From a virus: 64,000 nucleotides of DNA. The stretch covers positions 1,903-65,902 of IMG/VR virus record IMGVR_UViG_3300009703_002976; one strand, given 5' to 3'. The notes beneath the pieces were generated by a model, which searched no databases, was not told where the DNA came from, and saw nothing but the letters and a program-made list of their open reading frames with translations. Of the stretch, positions 58,342-64,000 are shown in pieces (position 1 is the stretch's first letter; the number at the start of each line of letters is the position of its first letter). The position numbers were made by a program, and so were the translations under genes.

Positions 58342-60195
58342 TCAACGAGCCCCATCAAATAAACCATCACCCATATAATTAAAGTCTACATTTTGTTGAA
58401 TATCAGATCGAACAGTATTATGAGTAGTTTCTTGTAAAACTACATTATCTCCTCCTCCTCCTCGATTAACTGATCTTCTTCTTGTCTCTTCCCATTGTGC
58501 CAATATTTGTTGTGCTTTTAATTCACGTAGTTTATGCAATTGGTCCACATCTACATTTCCTGCTTCTAACAATTTTTGCATAACTAGACTATTTTTTAAT
58601 GCTCCTGGACCAATTTGATGATCTGGAATAGGTGGAGCGTTTTTACCTGGAAACCATATATCCCATAAACCTCCAGCATTTTTTATTGCTGAAAGTATCG
58701 TTGACAGTCCTAAACTGGTTGTTGGACTAACTCCTTGAGCCCGTAATGCATCATCTATTACTTCTAAATCTTGTTGAGCTTGATGCATTTTTGTCTGTGT
58801 AGTTTGAGCCCCCCCATATGTAGCAAGTTCTTCTTCCAATTTCGCCGCTACTACTGCTTTCTTTTTGGATATACCAAAAAGTGCATCAAGTTCATCAGTC
58901 ACGACTTGCAATGCATATCCTAGTGCCGCTCCTAAAATCATACCTCCAAGTATTCCAGGTATACTTCCTGCAGTTAAAAATGCACCAGCTATACCGCCCA
59001 AAGCTCCCCCAGCAACCATTTTCCTAGCATATGGACTGGCTTTAAAATATTCAACTAAAGCCTTTTTATAGGCATTTGCCATTCCTTTTCCTTCAGCTTT
59101 GTCAATTCTTAATGCTTCTGCTAAGACTGGTCCTGCTAATAGTCCAGCTCCAGCTCCAAGTATTAAACCAGCCATCATTCCTGCTGGACCAAATTTACTT
59201 AATACTAATGCACCAAAAAGTGCGCCACCTCCAGGAGCAAATTCTAAAACACCTTTCATTTGATCACTTGAAAACCATTTCACTAAACCTGCAGTCATTG
59301 CCGATTTCCAATCTGCTCCAGTAGCTCTTTCTATCTCCATCATTTCTTTTATTGTACCAGCACCTATTATTCCAATACCTGCTCCAAGAATTGCTCCAGC
59401 CACCATTCCTGCAGGACCAAATAACATTCCCATTTTACCAAACAGAGCCGCCCCGCCCAATCCCATATAAGGAATAAAATTTTTGTATAAATGCTCTTTC
59501 ACTTTATTCATTACATTTTTGGAATCTACTTTTGATTTATCTTCTGCAAAAATATGATTTAATCCAGTTAATGCCCCTCCAAGTACTCCGCCAATTATTG
59601 CTCCTCTTGGTCCCAATAAACCAAAACCGATCAAAGCTCCTTTTCCAGCACCTCCTGCCGCGGCTTCAGCAAGTGATTTATATGCTCCTCCTGATGGAGA
59701 AAAAAATGAATCTATAAATGCTCTAACGCCACCACTAAAGGTGTCTTGATCAAATCCTGCTTGTAATGCTTGAACTAATGCTGGTCCTGCAACGAGTAAA
59801 GCAATACCTCTTGCTAATTTGGGCAATAGTGCCATACCTAAAGATGCGGGCATGAATCTTCTTAATCCTCCAGGAATTCCCATAAGTGCAGTAGATAAGA
59901 AATTTCCCAACATTCCCATGAAACCCTTTCCTGAGAATCTTGGTAAATTCATCTTGGATTTCATATTTAATTCTTTTCTGCCTTCTTTTTTTTCCTCAAG
60001 TTCGTTTTCTCTATCTTTTCGGTCCTTAACTTTATCTGCATTTACCCCTTTTAGCAGAAGTCCTCTCATACTGTATAATAAAGCGGACTGTACTTCCATC
60101 TGTTTTTCGATGGTTGCAATATTATTTTTATTTTGATCTTTTAGTTCATTGACAAGATTTTGAAAATGAGAATAATTGTGGGGTTTACGTGCCAT
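58342..60195 (-). CDS. Tape measure / baseplate hub protein (gp29-like position and size)
   Basis: 617 aa, N-terminal coiled-coil-like segment, four Gly/Ala-zipper hydrophobic repeats; follows gp26/gp51. Confidence 0.6.
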   Translation of the reverse strand: MARKPHNYSHFQNLVNELKDQNKNNIATIEKQMEVQSALLYSMRGLLLKGVNADKVKDRKDRENELEEKKEGRKELNMKSKMNLPRFSGKGFMGMLGNFLSTALMGIPGGLRRFMPASLGMALLPKLARGIALLVAGPALVQALQAGFDQDTFSGGVRAFIDSFFSPSGGAYKSLAEAAAGGAGKGALIGFGLLGPRGAIIGGVLGGALTGLNHIFAEDKSKVDSKNVMNKVKEHLYKNFIPYMGLGGAALFGKMGMLFGPAGMVAGAILGAGIGIIGAGTIKEMMEIERATGADWKSAMTAGLVKWFSSDQMKGVLEFAPGGGALFGALVLSKFGPAGMMAGLILGAGAGLLAGPVLAEALRIDKAEGKGMANAYKKALVEYFKASPYARKMVAGGALGGIAGAFLTAGSIPGILGGMILGAALGYALQVVTDELDALFGISKKKAVVAAKLEEELATYGGAQTTQTKMHQAQQDLEVIDDALRAQGVSPTTSLGLSTILSAIKNAGGLWDIWFPGKNAPPIPDHQIGPGALKNSLVMQKLLEAGNVDVDQLHKLRELKAQQILAQWEETRRRSVNRGGGGDNVVLQETTHNTVRSDIQQNVDFNYMGDGLFDGAR

Positions 60196-60197
60196 TA

Positions 60198-60386
60198 TTA
60201 GGCCCTTCTTTCTTGATCTTTTTGTTTACTATTTTCTTGTTCTATATGAGCAATTAGCATTTCTACGTATATGTCTCTTTCAAAAGGCATTAAATTTTCT
60301 ATTTCTGTTAAACTATATTTATGATGTTGCATCAATTGAAACGTTAGTTGATAATAGTTTGCTAAAGTATTATGACTACACATCAT
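60198..60386 (-). CDS. gp51: Baseplate hub assembly catalyst gp51-like
   Basis: YY...F.LMQHHKYSLTEIENLMPFERDIYV.ML. Confidence 0.8.
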   Translation of the reverse strand: MMCSHNTLANYYQLTFQLMQHHKYSLTEIENLMPFERDIYVEMLIAHIEQENSKQKDQERRA

Positions 60387-61126
60387 AAAAAAAAATCGCC
60401 AATTCCATTCAAAGTTTGTTTTTCATGACATTTACATTTAGAACATGTAAATTCAATATCGTGTAATATAGCAGGCATTGTGCCAAAAAACAGTTTAAGT
60501 TTTTCAAATTGATCACTTGATAAACTACTAATAAATTCTTCCAGTTCTTCTTTATTATATTCACCTGCATTAAATACTTCTTCACCAGAATATATGTTAT
60601 CAATACAATCAATAACAATACTAAACAATTCTGCTACAGTTGAAGTTTTTTCATTTTCCATGTCTGCTAAACGATTATAAACTTCCATTGTTGGATATTT
60701 CATTTCAACAGTAATTGTATCTGTTAATTTAATGTTCTTAGAATGTTTATCGTTTGTAGTAAGTTTTATATCAGCAAGATTTATTTTTACTTTTGTTTGA
60801 GCATCACAAGATTCCCCATTACTATTTGTTTCTTCTCGATGTTTTATCATTAGTTCAACAACTTCACCAACAGATTTTGCTCTTATATTTAATAATGCCA
60901 TCTGTAAATCAAATAATGGTAATTCTTCAGCATTTACTTCTTCTGATAAAATACAATTATTGATTATTTGTTTTGAAGTTCTTACTATTTCATCTTGTTC
61001 TCCCCCCTCCATAGCCATCAATAAAAGTTTCTCTTCTTTGACTAGAAAGGGTCTGTAAGTTACTGGTTTTTTTATTGAAGTCAAGTTCATTGTAAATGTA
61101 GGTGCTTCAATTTTGGGTAAACTCAT
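60383..61126 (-). CDS. gp26: Baseplate hub subunit/chaperone gp26
   Basis: MSLPKI..P.F......YRPFLVKEEKLLLMA, D...L.IRAKSVGE, MKYP, C..C, G..DFF end. Confidence 0.9.
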   Translation of the reverse strand: MSLPKIEAPTFTMNLTSIKKPVTYRPFLVKEEKLLLMAMEGGEQDEIVRTSKQIINNCILSEEVNAEELPLFDLQMALLNIRAKSVGEVVELMIKHREETNSNGESCDAQTKVKINLADIKLTTNDKHSKNIKLTDTITVEMKYPTMEVYNRLADMENEKTSTVAELFSIVIDCIDNIYSGEEVFNAGEYNKEELEEFISSLSSDQFEKLKLFFGTMPAILHDIEFTCSKCKCHEKQTLNGIGDFFL

Positions 61127-61151
61127 TATATCTCCATTTTTTAATTATTTT

Positions 61152-61694
61152 TTACGCAACACTAGGGGGATTGGCTCCAGTTGAAATTCTGCTCATTTCC
61201 CATTTTCGATATGCAAAGGTAACACTAAGTCTTGCATATTCATTATTTTGTGACCATCCCAAATTTATTGCTCCCACATTTAGGGGAAATGCTTCTCTAA
61301 ATCTTATTCCATAACTTCTAACATTTTCTTCTGTAAATGTTCTTAACCAAATATCAGTTGTATAATCATTATAATATGAAGCATCATATAGATCGGGATC
61401 AACTATATCATTTTGCCAATTGTCAAAAAACTCTTTTTCTTTCCATCCCTCTGCAGAACAAATAAATGTCATTGTAGTATCAATGAACATTTGACCATAA
61501 CCTATTTTTCTTACTGGTCCATATAATTTATCTTCAACTGTAAGCATAGTTTTACCAGGAAGTTCTGCTTGTTCGCATTGAAATACGCTAAAATCAGAAT
61601 CTTGTCTACCGATATAGACTTCATATCTATTTAATGGTGCGGGACCATGTTTAACATTTAATTTGCTTCTAAAATTATCTACACTTAAAGGCAT
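61152..61694 (-). CDS. gp54: Tail tube initiator gp54 / gp19-like tube protein
   Basis: NRYEV, C..AELPG, YGP.RKI.YG, W...I, F.EAFP, L.V.FAYR.W. Confidence 0.75.
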   Translation of the reverse strand: MPLSVDNFRSKLNVKHGPAPLNRYEVYIGRQDSDFSVFQCEQAELPGKTMLTVEDKLYGPVRKIGYGQMFIDTTMTFICSAEGWKEKEFFDNWQNDIVDPDLYDASYYNDYTTDIWLRTFTEENVRSYGIRFREAFPLNVGAINLGWSQNNEYARLSVTFAYRKWEMSRISTGANPPSVA

Positions 61695-62275
61695 TAAATC
61701 ATTCTCCTACTATCTCCCCAAACAACGAGTTTGTTTTCTTTTTTGAATCTTTCTGTTGGTAAAAATAATGCAATTTCTTTTTCATCATCATCTACAATTA
61801 CAACTCTAGATGTTATGTGTTTATATAGATATCTTTTTACTGTTGGTTTAATTTGTTTAATTCTTGCAAGTCCTTCATAATTTACTGATTTTGACCGATC
61901 AATAGCATCCATTAATTTTGCCCTAAGTAATGGAGGAAGATAATGAAAATTTAAACCAAGAAAACCATTTCCATACATTTTTACGCACATGATTAATGGG
62001 AATCTATCATAATACTTCATTTTATCTTTAGTTTTTGGATCATAAAAATATGATGCCATTGCACCAGGTGCTATTGTTCCCTTACCTGATTTTTTAGCAG
62101 TTTTATAAAATTCATCTGCAGTATCTACTTCACTAAATCTACTTCTTAATTCTGCTCTTAAAGCGCCAACTTTTCTGCGAAACCATTGTGATGCATTACT
62201 TGTTCTTGGTTGTCCTTCATTTCTTCTTATTGCAGTCTTTAATTTATCTAAAAACGTTTGATCTTGTTGTGCCAT
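61694..62275 (-). CDS. gp2: DNA end protector gp2
   Basis: YFYDPKTK..MKYYDRFPLI, GFLGLNFHYLPP.LR, K.YL..H, LPTERF.K. Confidence 0.9.
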   Translation of the reverse strand: MAQQDQTFLDKLKTAIRRNEGQPRTSNASQWFRRKVGALRAELRSRFSEVDTADEFYKTAKKSGKGTIAPGAMASYFYDPKTKDKMKYYDRFPLIMCVKMYGNGFLGLNFHYLPPLLRAKLMDAIDRSKSVNYEGLARIKQIKPTVKRYLYKHITSRVVIVDDDEKEIALFLPTERFKKENKLVVWGDSRRMI

Positions 62276-62280
62276 AATTA

Positions 62281-62287
62281 TATTTAG
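62281..62287 (-). promoter_or_regulatory. Candidate late promoter CTAAATA, 5 nt upstream of the gene 2 ATG
   Basis: Occupies the short gp4-gp2 intergenic gap; no SD present. Confidence 0.5.
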
Positions 62288-62719
62288 TTAAAAAAGATGA
62301 TCTTCTGTAATGATTTTAAATCTCCATTTTCTGTCGCTACAATACTCTGTAGCCGCTTTCCATTTTGCTTCATTTACACCAAATGTGTATACTTCAGATA
62401 AATATCTTCTAGTGATTCTTTTAGGTTTTTTGGGTTGTGATAGTTGCTTTTTGGGTTTAACTTCTATAAGCACACATTCTGTTAATCCATTTTCTTTTTT
62501 TATTTTGATCCAAAAATCAGGAAAATATCTATGTATTCGTTTATCAATAGGAGATTTGTAGGGAACAACTATCTCTTCACTTGACCATTCAATAACATCG
62601 GGATTGTTTTCACAATAATTCATGAATTTTTTTTCCCATAAAGAACGGTAAGTAACTTTAGTAGGATCTCCCCGATATTTTTTCAAATTTTTTATTTTAT
62701 ATTTTCCTTTGTAACTCAT
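62288..62719 (-). CDS. gp4: Head completion nuclease gp4 (TnsA-like)
   Basis: MSYKGKY, YRSLWE, WSSEE, PY.SP.D...HRYFPDF, EVKP, N.AKW.AA, TED. Track start 62776 is too far upstream. Confidence 0.92.
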   Translation of the reverse strand: MSYKGKYKIKNLKKYRGDPTKVTYRSLWEKKFMNYCENNPDVIEWSSEEIVVPYKSPIDKRIHRYFPDFWIKIKKENGLTECVLIEVKPKKQLSQPKKPKRITRRYLSEVYTFGVNEAKWKAATEYCSDRKWRFKIITEDHLF

Positions 62720-62720
62720 G

Positions 62721-62727
62721 CTAAATA
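62721..62727 (+). promoter_or_regulatory. Candidate late promoter CTAAATA
   Basis: Divergent intergenic gap, upstream of SD GAGGAG and ATG 62754. Confidence 0.5.
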
Positions 62728-62753
62728 TTATGTATATAACGTAGAGGAGAATA

Positions 62754-63641
62754 ATGGCCCAGAATCCGGCAACCAAATTAAGAGAAGTAGTAAATGTAAA
62801 AACTGGTGTTAGAATATATAGATTTCCAGAAAATATAGGATCAACTACAGCAGAACCAGAATCAAGAAAATTTTGTTTATTTCGTTTTCATAATGTAGAT
62901 GATAGTGGAAATCCAGGAGAAACATCTACTTGTGTAGTATTGCCTTTTCCAGAAATAAATGATGCGATTAATATAAAATATGAGAATGTTGAATTTGATG
63001 TTGTTGGAGCAATTGCAGTAGGGGCCTCGGCGGGAAATGTAAGTATAGATCGTTTATCGGATATTGCAAAAACAGGATTAAAATCTTTTAATAGAGATTC
63101 TTTTGCACGAATAGCCGCAGATACAGTATTAAGTGGAACTCCTGGACTAAAAGCAGGAGTTGCAAAAGGATTAAATACAATACAAAATCCTTATATTACA
63201 AACGTATTTAATAGTTCAGGATTTAGAGATTTTTCTTTTACTTTTACTCTTATACCAAAAAGGGCTCATGAAAGTGATCATATACAAGATATTATTAGAA
63301 CTTTTAAAGAAGCAATGTTACCCGAAAAAAAATTAATAAAAGAAGGAAGAAATATAAATCAGAGTACAGGAATTATAAAAATGCCAGATAAAGTTGATAT
63401 TACTTTTTTTCCTACTACAGGAGCAGATTATAACAAAAATAAATCAATAATAAAAATTCGAAATGCAGTCGTAACAGATTTGACAGTTGAATTTTCATCA
63501 GGAACACAAAATCCTACTTTTTTTAAAGACACGGGTGCTCCTTTATCTGCAGTATTGAATGTATCAGTTAAAGAAACCGAAATTTATACTAAAGAAAGTC
63601 TTATAAAAGATTATCCAGAACACAGAAAGGATTTCAAATAG
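62754..63641 (+). CDS. gp48: Baseplate tail-tube cap gp48-like
   Basis: LPFP..I.D...Y, NPY...F....FRDFSFTFTLIPK...ES..I..II..FK..MLP, L.V..KE. Confidence 0.8.
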   Translation: MAQNPATKLREVVNVKTGVRIYRFPENIGSTTAEPESRKFCLFRFHNVDDSGNPGETSTCVVLPFPEINDAINIKYENVEFDVVGAIAVGASAGNVSIDRLSDIAKTGLKSFNRDSFARIAADTVLSGTPGLKAGVAKGLNTIQNPYITNVFNSSGFRDFSFTFTLIPKRAHESDHIQDIIRTFKEAMLPEKKLIKEGRNINQSTGIIKMPDKVDITFFPTTGADYNKNKSIIKIRNAVVTDLTVEFSSGTQNPTFFKDTGAPLSAVLNVSVKETEIYTKESLIKDYPEHRKDFK

Positions 63642-63645
63642 TAAA

Positions 63646-64000
63646 ATGGAACCATATGCTAATTTGAATAGAATAGTAGGACTTAAAAAAAGATATGAAT
63701 ATCCTAAAGGTATAGGTAGTACTAAAGGACTACATCATTTTATGTTAATAAAAGAATTAAGATGGAAAAAACCTGAAAAAGGAAGTGATGCGTTTAGTGG
63801 AAGTGGAATAACAAATTTTGAAAATGTTACTGGTGGAAATGAATCAAAAGATTTTTATGAACCTGGGAAAAATTTTATTTTACATTTGCCACCTGGTTCA
63901 TTAAAAACACAATATTCTGCTGATTATGCTGATGTAAATTTGGGTATTTTTGGAGATATATTATCACAAAATGCAATGCAAATAACAGAAGATATGAAAA
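63646..64000 (+). CDS. Second gp48-like protein (partial, runs off window)
   Basis: Not in the track. ATG 63646 open to window end: ...RYEYPKGIG...HHFML...ILHLPPGSLKTQYSADYADVNLGIFG, the gp48 N-terminal pattern. Confidence 0.6.
   Translation, partial: MEPYANLNRIVGLKKRYEYPKGIGSTKGLHHFMLIKELRWKKPEKGSDAFSGSGITNFENVTGGNESKDFYEPGKNFILHLPPGSLKTQYSADYADVNLGIFGDILSQNAMQITEDMK

Noticed and set aside
1522-62561. Many short antisense or alternative-frame ORFs in the track (e.g. 1522-1962, 14056-14535, 30096-30500, 44115-44417, 58865-60136, 62310-62561)
   Set aside because: They lie wholly inside well-supported genes, lack motifs, and show the F/L/I/S-rich composition expected from shadow frames.
62288-62719. 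TnsA-like endonuclease motif suggesting a transposon
   Set aside because: Sequence and synteny with gp2 and gp48 identify the T4 head-completion protein gp4; no transposase or terminal repeats.
1-64000. tRNA, rRNA or group I/II introns
   Set aside because: Intergenic gaps are too short, and the only GC-rich structured element (58298-58338) lacks a cloverleaf, T-loop or CCA.

Overview
Very AT-rich segment of a T4-like (myovirus) phage genome. The right end (56.5-64 kb) is a recognisable T4-type core block: gp33, gp59, gp32, a gp29-like tape measure/hub gene, gp51, gp26, a gp54/gp19-like tube gene, gp2, gp4 and two tandem gp48-like genes. The left 48.6 kb is one co-directional, almost gapless, translationally coupled array of about 58 tailoring-type genes. 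It holds 14 radical SAM enzymes (CxxxCxxC present in each), 2 stand-alone SPASM/twitch proteins, about 7 2OG-Fe(II)/cupin oxygenases, 5 SGNH-like proteins that all end in FIY[D/E], 2 amidinotransferases, a carbamoyltransferase, a flavin halogenase, a nitroreductase, 2 PLP aminotransferases, a CMP-sugar synthetase, a QueC-like PP-loop enzyme, sulfotransferase-like proteins and many glycosyltransferase-like proteins. Two minus-strand, probably late/virion genes and two giant glycosyltransferase fusions (one ending in a TibC/Aah-type protein O-heptosyltransferase) separate the array from the core. The best candidate for a novel system is this phage-encoded, radical-SAM-dominated modification cluster; its substrate (virion or host glycan, DNA base, or small molecule) cannot be determined from sequence. 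Other notable signals: a T9 slippery run that would fuse gp26 to gp51 by -1 frameshift just upstream of the tape-measure-like gene, a GC-rich two-state/pseudoknot-like RNA right after gene 32, a virion-type beta domain inserted into a radical SAM enzyme, and a split rSAM/SPASM module. No tRNA, rRNA, CRISPR array, intron or transposase was recognised. All family calls are motif recognition by eye, not database searches.
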